A stretch of DNA of 61,988 nucleotides, filler included, from Chthonomonadaceae bacterium (GCA_035650735.1; 4 parts of 4 records of this genome joined end to end with filler, not necessarily neighbours in it), one strand, 5' to 3'; positions 19,541-29,769 are shown, counted from the first letter of the whole stretch. Translations and numbers: made by a program. Notes: generated by a model not told the origin, from the sequence alone.

Positions 19541-20875
19541 ATGACCGTTCAGGGAGTCACACAAGCCGTCCAAAACAGAGGCATCGAGTTCTTCCTCTGT
19601 TCGTTCGTCGAGATGAGCGGGGCGCCGAAGGCGAAGGTAGTGCCCGCGACTCATATGGAGGAGATGGCGCAGGAGGGCGCGGGGTTCGCCGGCTTCGCGG
19701 CGGGGGAGATAGGGCAGGGGCCGCACAGCCCGGACATGGCGGCCATTCCCGACTTCAACAGCCTGACCGTTCTGCCCTGGCGCAAGAACATCGCCTGGGT
19801 TGCGGGCGACGTCTATGTGCAGGGCCAGGAATGGGACTACTGCCCACGCACGATCCTGCGGAGGCAGCTTGCCAGAGCGCGCGAGAAAGGGCTGGTCTAC
19901 CACACGGGCGTCGAGCCGGAGTTTATGCTGCTCAAGCGCAACGGCCATGCCGAGTTTGCGCCCTATGATGAGATGGATACGCTCGGCAAGCCGTGCTACG
20001 ACCTGCGCGCCCTCCACCGCAACCTCGATCTGATGACCACGCTCCTCAAATACATGCAGGAACTGGGCTGGAAGCCCTACGCCAACGACCACGAGGACGC
20101 CAACTGCCAGTTCGAGATCAACTGGCTCTATGCCGACGCGCTGACCACCGCCGACCGCCTCACCTTCTTCCGCTGGATGGTGCGCACCATCGCCGAACAG
20201 TTCGGCCTGACCGCCACCTTCATGCCCAAACCGTTCTCCAACCTGACGGGCAACGGCTGCCACTTCCATCAGAGCCTAGCGGATGCCGAGACCGGGCAGA
20301 ATCTCTTCCTGGACGAGCGCAATGAGAACGGCCTGAGCGAGATGGCCTACCATTTCGTCGGCGGTCTCATGGCCCACGCAAAGGCGCTGGCGGCGGTGAC
20401 GAATCCTATCGTCAACTCGTATAAACGCCTCAAGCGGGGCGCACCCCGCAGCGGCGCAACCTGGGCGCCGGTCTACATCACCTACGGCGGCAGCAACCGC
20501 ACGCAGATGATCCGTATCCCCGGCCCGGGCCGCATTGAGCACCGCGCGGCGGATGGAGCCGCCAATCCCTATCTGGCCGCCGCCGTCCTGCTCGCCGCCG
20601 GTCTGGACGGCATCGAGAATCGCATGGATCCCGGCCCGCGCAACGACGACAATCTCTATGAAGTTCCCGAAGAGGAGTTGAAGCGTCGGCAGATCGGCTT
20701 CCTGCCGACCAATCTCAGCGAGGCGCTCGACGCGCTGGAGCAGGATGCGGTTGTGCGCGAAGCCCTCGGCGAGACCTACGCTGACTACTATGTCGGTGTC
20801 AAGCGCGACGAGTGGAAGCAGTACCACGAGACCGTCAGCCCGTGGGAGATAGAGAACTATCTCGGCGTCTACTGA
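19541..20875 (+). CDS. gmaS: Gamma-glutamylmethylamide synthetase (GlnT-type glutamate-ammonia ligase family)
   Basis: KAKVVP, GFAGFA, KPCYD, NDHEDANCQFEIN, SGATWAP, NRTQMIR; context with mgs/mgd genes. Confidence 0.88.
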   Translation: MTVQGVTQAVQNRGIEFFLCSFVEMSGAPKAKVVPATHMEEMAQEGAGFAGFAAGEIGQGPHSPDMAAIPDFNSLTVLPWRKNIAWVAGDVYVQGQEWDYCPRTILRRQLARAREKGLVYHTGVEPEFMLLKRNGHAEFAPYDEMDTLGKPCYDLRALHRNLDLMTTLLKYMQELGWKPYANDHEDANCQFEINWLYADALTTADRLTFFRWMVRTIAEQFGLTATFMPKPFSNLTGNGCHFHQSLADAETGQNLFLDERNENGLSEMAYHFVGGLMAHAKALAAVTNPIVNSYKRLKRGAPRSGATWAPVYITYGGSNRTQMIRIPGPGRIEHRAADGAANPYLAAAVLLAAGLDGIENRMDPGPRNDDNLYEVPEEELKRRQIGFLPTNLSEALDALEQDAVVREALGETYADYYVGVKRDEWKQYHETVSPWEIENYLGVY

Positions 20876-20886
20876 ATCCCGTCCTG

Positions 20887-21025
20887 GTAGCCGGGGGGGT
20901 TCAACCCCCGGCTATGTGGCCTGCGGCCAACCGTCCTCGCGGACGGAACTTTTTGCGAGAGGGAGCGTCCGTAAGGACGCCTGGCGGCGTAGCCGCCCTG
21001 GAGACGGGCACTTTCAGTGCCTGGA
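20887..21025. repeat. REPIN-like element inside the methylamine operon
   Basis: AGCCGGGGG TTCAA CCCCCGGCT, CGTCC..GGACG, GGCGGC GTA GCCGCC palindromes. Confidence 0.65.
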
Positions 21026-21055
21026 ACGGATTCCTCGCGCCTGGAGGCAAAGCCT

Positions 21056-21985
21056 ATGTGTGGCATTATCGGCTTTCTGGATAAAACGGGCAACGCAGCC
21101 GCTCCCATCGGGCGGGTGCTGCTCAACATGCTGACCGCCCTGGGCTGTCGCGGCCCGGACTCGACCGGCGTGGCTGTGTTCGGCAGCGGCGACGGCCTGG
21201 TGTTGCAGGTGAAGCTGGGTGAGCGCGCCGATTTCCACGCGAAAGCGGATGCCCTCCTGAGGCGCGTGGAGGCTGTCGCCCCAGTGCGGCAGCACGCGGT
21301 CACGGCGGCCTACCTGCGCCTCGTCGTGGATGAGGGCGCCTCCCCAGAGACGCTCGTGGAAGCCATTGAGGGCGGTGGGTCCGAGCAGGTCGAGGTCGTC
21401 AGCATGGGCCGCCGCCTCGAAATCCTCAAGCAGGTCGGCTCACCCGAAGAGTTGGAAGCGACCTTTGGCATCTCCCGGATGGTCGGCACGCACGGCATCG
21501 GGCATACCCGTCTCTCGACCGAAAGCCGGGTGGACCTCAGCCACTCGCAGCCGTTCTGGGCGCATGGGATGCCGGATGTCGCTACGGCCCACAACGGGCA
21601 CATCACCAACTATCACAAGCTGCGCCGCATCTACGAGCAGCGCGGCGTCCGCTTCTATACCGAAAACGACTCGGAGATCATCGCCGTCTACCTGCGCGAC
21701 CGCCTGGAACGCGGCGACTCACTGGAGGAGGCGCTGCGCGCTTCGCTGACCGACCTCGACGGCTCGTTCTGCTACGTGGCGGCGACAGAGAACGCCCTGG
21801 CCTTCGTCAAAGACCCCTTCGGCCTCAAGCCGCTGGTCGTAGCCGAGACCGACGAGTGGGTTGCCATCGCGACGGAGGAGATCGCGCTGCGGAGCGCGTT
21901 AGGGGAGTGCTTTACGGCGCAGGAGCCGGGCACACGGCAGATGCGGGTGTGGGGGCTGCCGGAGCGTGCCCTGGTAACTGCGTGA
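21056..21985 (+). CDS. glxB: N-methylglutamate synthase subunit A (class II glutamine amidotransferase, GlxB-like)
   Basis: MCGIIG Ntn start, RGPDSTG, GHTRLSTES, HNG, NDSE. Confidence 0.85.
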   Translation: MCGIIGFLDKTGNAAAPIGRVLLNMLTALGCRGPDSTGVAVFGSGDGLVLQVKLGERADFHAKADALLRRVEAVAPVRQHAVTAAYLRLVVDEGASPETLVEAIEGGGSEQVEVVSMGRRLEILKQVGSPEELEATFGISRMVGTHGIGHTRLSTESRVDLSHSQPFWAHGMPDVATAHNGHITNYHKLRRIYEQRGVRFYTENDSEIIAVYLRDRLERGDSLEEALRASLTDLDGSFCYVAATENALAFVKDPFGLKPLVVAETDEWVAIATEEIALRSALGECFTAQEPGTRQMRVWGLPERALVTA

Positions 21986-22000
21986 TCGGAGGAATTTTGC

Positions 22001-22693
22001 ATGGAGATGGCGACCGTCTGTTGCGACGGGAAGACGACAAGAGAGATCAACCAGGAGATTCGGCGGCGGATCGCGGAGGGCCATGAGGAGATTCGCGTCC
22101 TGGAGCCTGCCGGACGCCATAACCTGGGCGTGGCGATTGTGCAGCCGGTCAAGCTGCGCTTCGAGGGCAGCGTCGGCTACTACTGCGCCGGGATGATAGA
22201 CGCGGCAACGGTGGAAGTAGACGGCAGCGTGGGCTGGGGCGTGGCGGAGTCGATGCTGAGCGGCACGGTCGTGGTGGAGGGCCACGCGGGCAACGGCGCG
22301 GCGGCGGCGATACGCGGCGGCACGGTCGTGGTCAAGGGTGATGCGAGCACGCGCGCCGGGGTCAGCATGAAAGGCGGCACGCTGCTCATCGCCGGTGGCT
22401 GCGGTTACATGACCGGCTTCATGGCGCAGAAGGGGACGATTATCGTCTGCGGCGACGCCGGGGAGGCGCTGGCCGACTCGATGTACGAGGCGGTCGTCTA
22501 CGTCGGCGGCGCCATCGCCGACCTGGGCAACGACGCGGTGGTCGAGGAGCCGACGCCAGACGATATCCACTTCCTGCGGGCGACCCTGGAAACCTACGGC
22601 CTGGACGCGGCGCGCGACTGGAAGAAGGTCGTGGCCGGGCGTAAGCTCTGGAACTTCGACAAGAACGAAGTGACCTGGCGCGAAATTCTCTGA
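22001..22693 (+). CDS. glxC: N-methylglutamate synthase subunit B (GXGXG domain, GlxC-like)
   Basis: GSVGYYCAGM, GVAESMLSG, RAGVSMKG, ALADSMYE. Confidence 0.87.
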   Translation: MEMATVCCDGKTTREINQEIRRRIAEGHEEIRVLEPAGRHNLGVAIVQPVKLRFEGSVGYYCAGMIDAATVEVDGSVGWGVAESMLSGTVVVEGHAGNGAAAAIRGGTVVVKGDASTRAGVSMKGGTLLIAGGCGYMTGFMAQKGTIIVCGDAGEALADSMYEAVVYVGGAIADLGNDAVVEEPTPDDIHFLRATLETYGLDAARDWKKVVAGRKLWNFDKNEVTWREIL

Positions 22694-22705
22694 AGGTCGG
22701 TACTC

Positions 22706-23950
22706 ATGCCTTACCGTCTGGTGCGATTTGCCCTCTCCAAAAAATACCCGGAGCCGCGCATGTTCCGGGAACCTCCCCGGCTGCGCGATAGCTACGACGC
22801 GGTGATCATCGGCGCAGGCGGGCACGGCCTGGCCGCCGCCTACTACCTGGCGCGCGATCACGGCATGACCAACGTGGCCGTGCTCGAAAAGGGCTATCTC
22901 GGCGGCGGCAACACGGGCCGCAACACCGCCATCGTCCGCTCTAACTACCTGACCCCGGAAGGCGTGCGGTTCTACGCTGAAAGCGTGCGCCTGTTCAGCG
23001 AGCTCTCGCAGGTCTTAAATTTCAATCTGTTCTACTCCGAGCGCGGCCACTTCACGCTGGCCCATAGCGACAGCTCCTTGCGCACCATGCGCTGGCGCGC
23101 TGAGGTTAACAAGCATCTAGGCGTGAACAGCTACGTCATCGGGCCGGAGGAGATCAAAAAGATTTGCCCGTACATAGACCTCTCCTGCGGCGGGGGCATT
23201 ATGCCGGTGGTGGGCGCGCTCTACCACCCGCCGGGCGCTATCGTCCGCCACGACGCGGTGGCCTGGGGCTATGCGCGCGAGGCCGACCGCCGGGGCGTGG
23301 AGATTCATCAGAAAACGGCGGTCACGGGCATTGATGTCAAGGACAATCAAGTTGTCGGCGTGCAGACCGACCGGGGCTATATCCGCACGAACCGAGTGCT
23401 CTCCGCCGTAGCGGGCTATACTCCGCGCATCACGCAGATGGTCGGGCTGCGGACGCCCATCGTCATCCAACCGCTGCAAGCCTGCGTCACGGAACCGCTC
23501 AAGCCCTGGCTGGATAGCATCGTCGTCTCCGGCAGCCTGCACATCTACGTCAGCCAGTCGTCGCGCGGCGAGCTGGTCATGGGCGCGTCGCTGGACCCCT
23601 ACGAACTGCACTCCGAGCGGTCTACGCTGGATTTCGTGGAGGGCCTGGCCGATCACCTGCTGGACCTGTTTCCGTTCCTGTCGGGCGTGAAGGTCAACCG
23701 GCAGTGGGCCGGCATGACGGACATGACGCCAGACTTCTCCCCGATCATGGGCAAGACCCCGATTAAGGGTTTCTATCTGGATGCGGGCTGGGGAACCTGG
23801 GGCTTCAAGGCCACGCCGGTCTGCGGCATGACGATGGCCTACACGCTCGCCAAAGACGAGCCGCACGAGTTGATACGTCCCTTCCGGCTGCCGCGCTTTG
23901 GGGAGTACGCGCTGGTCGGCGAAAAGGGCGCGGCTTCGGTAGGACACTAA
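22706..23950 (+). CDS. mgdA: N-methylglutamate dehydrogenase subunit A (sarcosine oxidase beta-like)
   Basis: GAGGHG FAD motif, GGNTGRNT, RHDAVAWGYA, GWGTWGFKATP. Confidence 0.87.
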   Translation: MPYRLVRFALSKKYPEPRMFREPPRLRDSYDAVIIGAGGHGLAAAYYLARDHGMTNVAVLEKGYLGGGNTGRNTAIVRSNYLTPEGVRFYAESVRLFSELSQVLNFNLFYSERGHFTLAHSDSSLRTMRWRAEVNKHLGVNSYVIGPEEIKKICPYIDLSCGGGIMPVVGALYHPPGAIVRHDAVAWGYAREADRRGVEIHQKTAVTGIDVKDNQVVGVQTDRGYIRTNRVLSAVAGYTPRITQMVGLRTPIVIQPLQACVTEPLKPWLDSIVVSGSLHIYVSQSSRGELVMGASLDPYELHSERSTLDFVEGLADHLLDLFPFLSGVKVNRQWAGMTDMTPDFSPIMGKTPIKGFYLDAGWGTWGFKATPVCGMTMAYTLAKDEPHELIRPFRLPRFGEYALVGEKGAASVGH

Positions 23951-23991
23951 TACGAGCTGGATATTGGAACAGGGCAGTAAGGCAAAGTGAA

Positions 23992-24255
23992 ATGAAGCTT
24001 CTGGATTGTCCCTATGTTGGCGTCAGGCCCTTGCAGGAGTTCGTCTTCGGCGGGGAGGTCAGGAATATGCCCGACCCCAACACCGCTTCTGACGAGGAAT
24101 GGGCGAACTACGTCTTCAACCGATCCGGGGAACCCGGCATCCGGCAGGAGTGGTGGTATCACCTGCCCAGCGGAACATGGTTTATTGCCGAGCGGGATAC
24201 CCTCAAGGACGAATTCCTTCGCACGTACCTATATAGTGCACAAGGCAAACCGTAA
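23992..24255 (+). CDS. mgdB: N-methylglutamate dehydrogenase subunit B (sarcosine oxidase delta-like)
   Basis: CP..G.R..EF, EWWYH, RDT motifs. Confidence 0.87.
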   Translation: MKLLDCPYVGVRPLQEFVFGGEVRNMPDPNTASDEEWANYVFNRSGEPGIRQEWWYHLPSGTWFIAERDTLKDEFLRTYLYSAQGKP

Positions 24256-24272
24256 GAAGAGACGAGCCAAGC

Positions 24273-27194
24273 ATGACCAACCGTCTACCGAGGCAGCCGG
24301 GCGAATGGATAGACCGCGAGCGTCCGCTCCGGTTCCGATTTGAGGGAGAGGAATATACCGGCTATACCGGAGATACGCTCAGCAGTGCCCTGGCCGCCAA
24401 CGGAGTGCGCCTCCTGGGACGCAGCTTCAAATACCATCGGCCACGCGGCATCTACAGCCTCGCCAACCACGACTGCAACGCGTTGATGTGCGACGGCCAT
24501 CAGACCAATATCCGCGCTGACGTGACCCCATTATGGGAAGGAGCGGATGTGAAGGCCGTCAACACCGTCGGGGGCCTGCGCAGAGACCGCGCGCAGGTGA
24601 TAGACCGCCTGGGGGCCTTCCTGCCGGTCGGCTTCTATTACAAGACCTTCCACACGCCCCGCAAACTGTTCCCGTTTTATGAGCGGCAGATGCGCGCGAT
24701 GGCCGGGCTGGGAGCCATTAACCGGAACCATCCGCGCGTGCGCACCCCGAAGGCGTACGATTTCTGTGATGTGCTGGTAGTCGGTGCTGGGCCGGCGGGG
24801 TTGGCGGCGGCCATCGCGGCGGCGGAGCAGGGGGCGCAGGTCGTGCTCGTGGATGAGAATCCCCGGCCCGGCGGCAGTCTGGGGTATCAGTGGGCGGAGG
24901 AGCCGCAGGCTGCCGGCCTTCTGGAGGGCTTGTTGCAGCAGGTGGCCGCGCTGCCGAACCTGGAACCGCGCCTCTCCACGGTGGCCGCCGGGTACTACGC
25001 CGACCACTGGATCGCCCTGGTGGACGCGCGGCGCCTGACGAAGATGCGCGCCCGGACTGTGGTGATCGCGTCGGGCTGCCACGAGCAGCCGGCGGTGTTC
25101 GGCAACAACGACCTGCCGGGCGTGATGCTGGCCTCGGCGGCCCAGCGATTGATGCACCGCTTCGCGGTCAAGCCGTTTGAGCGCGCCCTCGTGCTGGCGG
25201 CGAACACGGACGGCTACCGCGCGGCCCTGCAACTGCATCGGTGCGGCGTCAAGGTCCAGGCGATTGTGGACCTGCGTCCCGGCGGCGAGGAATCGGAGCT
25301 TGGGCCACAGGCGGCTCAGGAGAATATCCCGATCCACGTCGGCCACGCGGTCACGATGGCCGTTCCCGCCGCCGGCAAAGTCGGCATTCGCGGCGCGGTC
25401 GTCTGCCTGCTGGACGCTGAGGGTAAGCCGCGTACCGATAGAGGCTTGCAGATAGATTGCGACGGCATCGCCATGAGCGTGGGATGGGCGGCGGCGGATG
25501 GGCTGCTCTGCCAGGCCGGCGGGCGCATGGCCTATTCCGAGCGCCTCGCGCAGTTCGTTCCCAAGACGCTGCCGCCTGGGCTGTTTGCTGCCGGGCGGGT
25601 CAACGGGGTCTTCCTGCTGCCGGACCAGATCGCCGACGGCAAGCGTGCCGGCCTTCAGGCGGCGGCTTATCTGGCAAAATATAGCGGCCCGATTCCCCCG
25701 GAATCCTGCCATGATGGCCCACCGCCAAGCCATCCGTATCCCATCTTCCCGCACCCGACCGAGAAGAGCTTTGTGGACCTGGATGAGGATGTCCAGTACA
25801 AGGACCTGGTGCATTCCGCGCAGGAGGGCTTCGACAGCGCCGAGCTGATGAAGCGCTACTCGACCTATGGCATGGGGCCGAGCCAGGGCAAGATCGCCAA
25901 TGTCAACGCCATCCGCATTCTGGCAAAGGTCAAAGGCCAGACGGTAGCCGAGACCGGAACCACTACCTCCCGGCCCTTTTATCATCCCGTGCCCCTGAGC
26001 CATCTGGCGGGGAGGGGATTCCATCCCCATCGCCGCACGCCGCTGCACAGCCGCCACGAGGCCGCAGGCGCCGAATTCATGGCTGCCGGGGAGTGGCTGC
26101 GCCCCGCCTATTACGCGGCCGCCGGGAAGACCCGTGAACAGGCGATCCAGGAAGAGGTACAGGCCGTTCGGCAGCGCGCGGGCCTGATTGACGTGGGCAC
26201 GCTGGGCAAGCTGGAGATCAGCGGGCCGGACGCCGCCGAGTTCATCGAGCGCATCTACACGGGCCGGTTCGCCCGCATGAAGATCGGCACCAGCCGCTAC
26301 GGGTTGATGTGCGATGAAACGGGCGTCATCATTGACGATGGCGTGGTGGCGCGGCTGGCCGAGGATCGCTTCTATGTCACGACTACGACCACCGCCTCCG
26401 GCAGCGTCTACCGGGAGATGCAGCGCTGGGCGCTCCTCTGGGGGCTGGATGTCGTCCTGGTCAATGCGACGGGCAGTTATGCAGCGATGAACCTGGCCGG
26501 GCCGCGGTCCCGTCAAATCCTCGCCGACCTGACTGGGATCAATCTCGCCGAGGAAGGCTTTCCCTACCTGGGCGTGCGCGAGGGCGAGATACTTGGCATT
26601 CCGGCGCGCGTGCTGCGCGTCGGGTTCGTCGGGGAACTGGGCTATGAGATTCACGTTCCCGCCCATTCGGCGGCGCGCGTCTGGGACGGGCTGATGCAGG
26701 CAGGCCAGTTCTGCCAGATCAGGCCGTTCGGCGTGGAGGCGCAGCGGGTGCTGCGGCTGGAAAAGGGGCATGTCATTGTCGGCCAGGACACGGACGGCCT
26801 TACCACGCCGCGCGAGGCGCACATGGAGTGGGCGGTGAAGGCGGACAAGCCGTTTTTCGTTGGGCAGCGCAGCCTGGCTATCCAGGGCGCAAAGGAGAGC
26901 CAACGCCGCCTGGTCGGATTCGTGCTGCCGCAGGGCTATGCCGGCCCCATGCCGAAGGAGTGTCACCTGGTGATCGAGAACGGCCAGATCACGGGCCGGG
27001 TGACGAGCATCTGCTTCAGCCCGACGCTGGGACAGGTGATCGGCCTGGCTTACGTCGCGCCCTCGCAGGCCGCGCCCGGTTCCGCATTCCAGATCCGCGC
27101 GGAGGAGGGAGCGATGGTCACGGCGACCGTCGTGGAGATCCCGTTCTACGACCCCAAAAACCTCCGCCAGACGCGCACAGAAACGGCGAAATAG
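24273..27194 (+). CDS. mgdC: N-methylglutamate dehydrogenase subunit C (sarcosine oxidase alpha-like)
   Basis: RSFKYHRPRG, GAGPAG, KRYSTYGMGPSQG, C-terminal GcvT folate-binding domain. Confidence 0.88.
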   Translation: MTNRLPRQPGEWIDRERPLRFRFEGEEYTGYTGDTLSSALAANGVRLLGRSFKYHRPRGIYSLANHDCNALMCDGHQTNIRADVTPLWEGADVKAVNTVGGLRRDRAQVIDRLGAFLPVGFYYKTFHTPRKLFPFYERQMRAMAGLGAINRNHPRVRTPKAYDFCDVLVVGAGPAGLAAAIAAAEQGAQVVLVDENPRPGGSLGYQWAEEPQAAGLLEGLLQQVAALPNLEPRLSTVAAGYYADHWIALVDARRLTKMRARTVVIASGCHEQPAVFGNNDLPGVMLASAAQRLMHRFAVKPFERALVLAANTDGYRAALQLHRCGVKVQAIVDLRPGGEESELGPQAAQENIPIHVGHAVTMAVPAAGKVGIRGAVVCLLDAEGKPRTDRGLQIDCDGIAMSVGWAAADGLLCQAGGRMAYSERLAQFVPKTLPPGLFAAGRVNGVFLLPDQIADGKRAGLQAAAYLAKYSGPIPPESCHDGPPPSHPYPIFPHPTEKSFVDLDEDVQYKDLVHSAQEGFDSAELMKRYSTYGMGPSQGKIANVNAIRILAKVKGQTVAETGTTTSRPFYHPVPLSHLAGRGFHPHRRTPLHSRHEAAGAEFMAAGEWLRPAYYAAAGKTREQAIQEEVQAVRQRAGLIDVGTLGKLEISGPDAAEFIERIYTGRFARMKIGTSRYGLMCDETGVIIDDGVVARLAEDRFYVTTTTTASGSVYREMQRWALLWGLDVVLVNATGSYAAMNLAGPRSRQILADLTGINLAEEGFPYLGVREGEILGIPARVLRVGFVGELGYEIHVPAHSAARVWDGLMQAGQFCQIRPFGVEAQRVLRLEKGHVIVGQDTDGLTTPREAHMEWAVKADKPFFVGQRSLAIQGAKESQRRLVGFVLPQGYAGPMPKECHLVIENGQITGRVTSICFSPTLGQVIGLAYVAPSQAAPGSAFQIRAEEGAMVTATVVEIPFYDPKNLRQTRTETAK

Positions 27195-27198
27195 ACCT

Positions 27199-27873
27199 AT
27201 GCTGACGCATCTTCCCGAACGCTTAAGCCCTTTGCACGACGCGCTGGAACATCTGCATCCGCATTGGGGCCAGATCGAGGGTATGCCCGTGCCGCTGGAC
27301 TTCGGCGACCCGGCGGCAGAGCGAAATCGCGTGCAGACGCTGGCGCTCTGTGACGTCAGCGCGCTCGCGCGTCTCGTGCTGAAGGGCAAGGCGGCGGAGA
27401 GCTTTTTAAAGGAGCAGGGCGTCGGCGTGCCGGAGGCGATGTTCCACTGCCTGCCGCTGCCAGGCGGCGGGCTGATCGCCCGGACGGGGAGCGCCGAATT
27501 CTTCCTGGAAGAGGGCTTGCACGGCGACACCCTTCCCCAGCTAGACCAGGCGCTCGGTCCGGGGAGGGCGGGCATCTATCGCGTGCTGCGTCAGGATGCC
27601 GCGCTGCTGCTGTCGGGCAGCCAGGTCGTTCAGGTGTTGTTACAGACGTGCGGGTACGACTTCCGCCAGGCCGATTCCCGTCTGGTGCTGACCCGGATTG
27701 CGGGCGTCTCCTGCGCCGTCCTGCCGCGCGAGCTTAACGGCCTGCCGGTATTTCAACTCTGGCTGGACGGCTCGTATGGCATGTACCTCTGGGAGACGCT
27801 GCTGCCCATCGTCGGCGAACTGGGGGGCGGCGTCGCCGGGCTGTCTTGCTTTTTTACTTCAGAAAGGGTGTAG
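27199..27873 (+). CDS. mgdD: N-methylglutamate dehydrogenase subunit D (sarcosine oxidase gamma-like)
   Basis: GcvT-like N-terminus, SYGMYLWETL; position after alpha subunit. Confidence 0.8.
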   Translation: MLTHLPERLSPLHDALEHLHPHWGQIEGMPVPLDFGDPAAERNRVQTLALCDVSALARLVLKGKAAESFLKEQGVGVPEAMFHCLPLPGGGLIARTGSAEFFLEEGLHGDTLPQLDQALGPGRAGIYRVLRQDAALLLSGSQVVQVLLQTCGYDFRQADSRLVLTRIAGVSCAVLPRELNGLPVFQLWLDGSYGMYLWETLLPIVGELGGGVAGLSCFFTSERV

Positions 27874-27879
27874 CGCGCA

Positions 27880-29229
27880 GTGGAACCACAGGACGTTGCG
27901 TATCTTAAACATAGTCATACCTTCGCTCCCGACGTTATCGAGGATATTCAGACGAAGGCGGAGTTGGGGCGGTACCGCATTCGGGGTTTCGGCCTACTGC
28001 GGGAACGGAATTGGGCCACGTTCGACGATCTAACCTTCGTGCCCTGCTCACTCACGCGAATTCCGCTGGAAGGCTATCGGGAGCGGTGCTCCACCAAGAC
28101 CATCCTCGGAACGCGCTACGCCGAAAAGCCGATTGAGTTAGACATCCCGATCATGGTCACGGGAATGAGTTGGGGCGCGCTCTCCTACAACGCCAAAGTC
28201 GCCCTCGCCAAAGGCGCGGCGCAGGTCGGCTCCTCCAACACGACCGGCGACGGCGGTATGCTTCCGGCGGAGCGCGAGAACAGCCGCACGCTTATCTATG
28301 AGGTGCTGCCCTCGCGCTACGGCATCAATATTCATGACCTGCGGCAGGCCGACGCCATTGAGCTGACCATCGGGCAGGGCGCAAAGCCGGGAACGGGCGG
28401 CCTGCTGCTCGGCTCGAAAGTCTCCGATACGATTGCGGCGCAACGCGACCTGCCGCCGGGAGTGGACCAGCGCAGCCCGGCGCGGCATCCCGACTTCCTC
28501 GGACCCGACGACATGCGCATCAAGATCGAGGAACTGCGCGAGGCGACGGAGTGGAAAGTGCCCATCTTTGTGAAGCTGGGGGCATCCCGTGTCTTCGATG
28601 ATGTGAAGCTGGCGGCAAAGGCGGGCGCGGATGTGATCGTGGTGGACGGCATGGAAGGCGGCACCGGGGCGTCCCCGGAGATATTGCAGGAGCACACGGG
28701 CATCCCGACGCTGGCGGCGGTCTGTGAGGCGCGGGCGGCGCTGGAAGATGTGGGGCTTTACGGCACGGTGCAGCTTATCATCGCGGGCGGCATCCGCAAC
28801 GGCGTGGACGCGGCGAAGGCGCTGGCGCTGGGCGCAGACGCCCTCTATGTGGGCACTTCGGCCCTGATCGCGCTCAACTGCAACAAGCCGCTCTATGTAG
28901 AGGATTACCACAGGCTGGGCACCACGCCCTATCACTGTCACCACTGCCACACGGGACGCTGCCCGGTCGGCATCACCACCCAGGACCCGGAACTGATGCA
29001 GCGCCTGGACATCGAGGCGGGCGCGGAGCGCGTCGCCAACTTCTTCCGCGCCATGACCGGCGAGATCCAGACGCTCGCTCGTGCCTGCGGCAAGTCGGAT
29101 GTCCACCACTTAGAGGCGGAAGACATGCGCGCCCTTACTCTGGAGGCTTCCCTGATCACGGGCCTGCCTCTGGTGGGAACAAACCGGGTCTTTGGCGGCG
29201 GGCCAGGATGGCACAAAACCTCCCTATAG
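27880..29229 (+). CDS. glxD: N-methylglutamate synthase subunit C (FMN-binding glutamate synthase family, GlxD-like)
   Basis: PLEGYRERC, GQGAKPG, RHPD, DGMEGGT, CHHCHTGRCPVGITTQ. Confidence 0.88.
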   Translation: MEPQDVAYLKHSHTFAPDVIEDIQTKAELGRYRIRGFGLLRERNWATFDDLTFVPCSLTRIPLEGYRERCSTKTILGTRYAEKPIELDIPIMVTGMSWGALSYNAKVALAKGAAQVGSSNTTGDGGMLPAERENSRTLIYEVLPSRYGINIHDLRQADAIELTIGQGAKPGTGGLLLGSKVSDTIAAQRDLPPGVDQRSPARHPDFLGPDDMRIKIEELREATEWKVPIFVKLGASRVFDDVKLAAKAGADVIVVDGMEGGTGASPEILQEHTGIPTLAAVCEARAALEDVGLYGTVQLIIAGGIRNGVDAAKALALGADALYVGTSALIALNCNKPLYVEDYHRLGTTPYHCHHCHTGRCPVGITTQDPELMQRLDIEAGAERVANFFRAMTGEIQTLARACGKSDVHHLEAEDMRALTLEASLITGLPLVGTNRVFGGGPGWHKTSL

Positions 29230-29334
29230 GCAATCGTCTTCCTTTTGGCGGCAGGCAAAACCCTGCCAGCGTAGTAGCTGGCGACTCCGTATGCCTGCAA
29301 AACATGCCAAAATAAGTGTCATCAATTCTACATT

Positions 29335-29350
29335 TGGCACGGTTCTTGCA
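29335..29350 (+). promoter_or_regulatory. sigma54 (-24/-12) promoter upstream of PEP-CTERM gene
   Basis: TGGCAC-GGTTC-TTGCA, exact match to TGGCAC-N5-TTGCW. Confidence 0.75.
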
Positions 29351-29769
29351 GTGTCTTAGGATGGAAGATGTTATGCCCTGCTTCCCAGCAGGGCGTTTTA
29401 CAATCTACGTTAGAGGCAACCACAGGCGGCGCCGCATTTCGATTGCTTTTTCGTTGTGGCTAGCTTCTTAACTCTCCTCGTTCTCTCTACCTGACTCGTT
29501 GTACCAACTGCCCGCTAAGCCATCGACCCGCCCGCGCTGAACTAGAGGCAGTCATCGCGCAGAGGATTGCCCCACCGACCCAACCAAACAGTCATCCATC
29601 GCAAACCACTCAGGTTTCCCGACCCGCGAGGCAGGGCTTTGTATACGCCTGCGGCCCGGCATTGAACATAGCCTACGTTTGATTTCGGGAAAGGAGTGTA
29701 TCCGCCATGCAGTGCATTTGGTCTTCCCCTGCGAGGGGGCCGTGCAAGGTCGCTCATCGTCGGACGCCG

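Noticed and set aside
24531..27575. 1014-aa antisense ORF (and similar long shadows such as 14426-16111 and 59932-61866)
   Set aside because: Opposite well-supported genes in GC-rich DNA with no recognisable motifs
22706..27873. Plain sarcosine oxidase soxBDAG
   Set aside because: Context with the gmaS-type ligase and three glutamate-synthase-like subunits favours N-methylglutamate dehydrogenase
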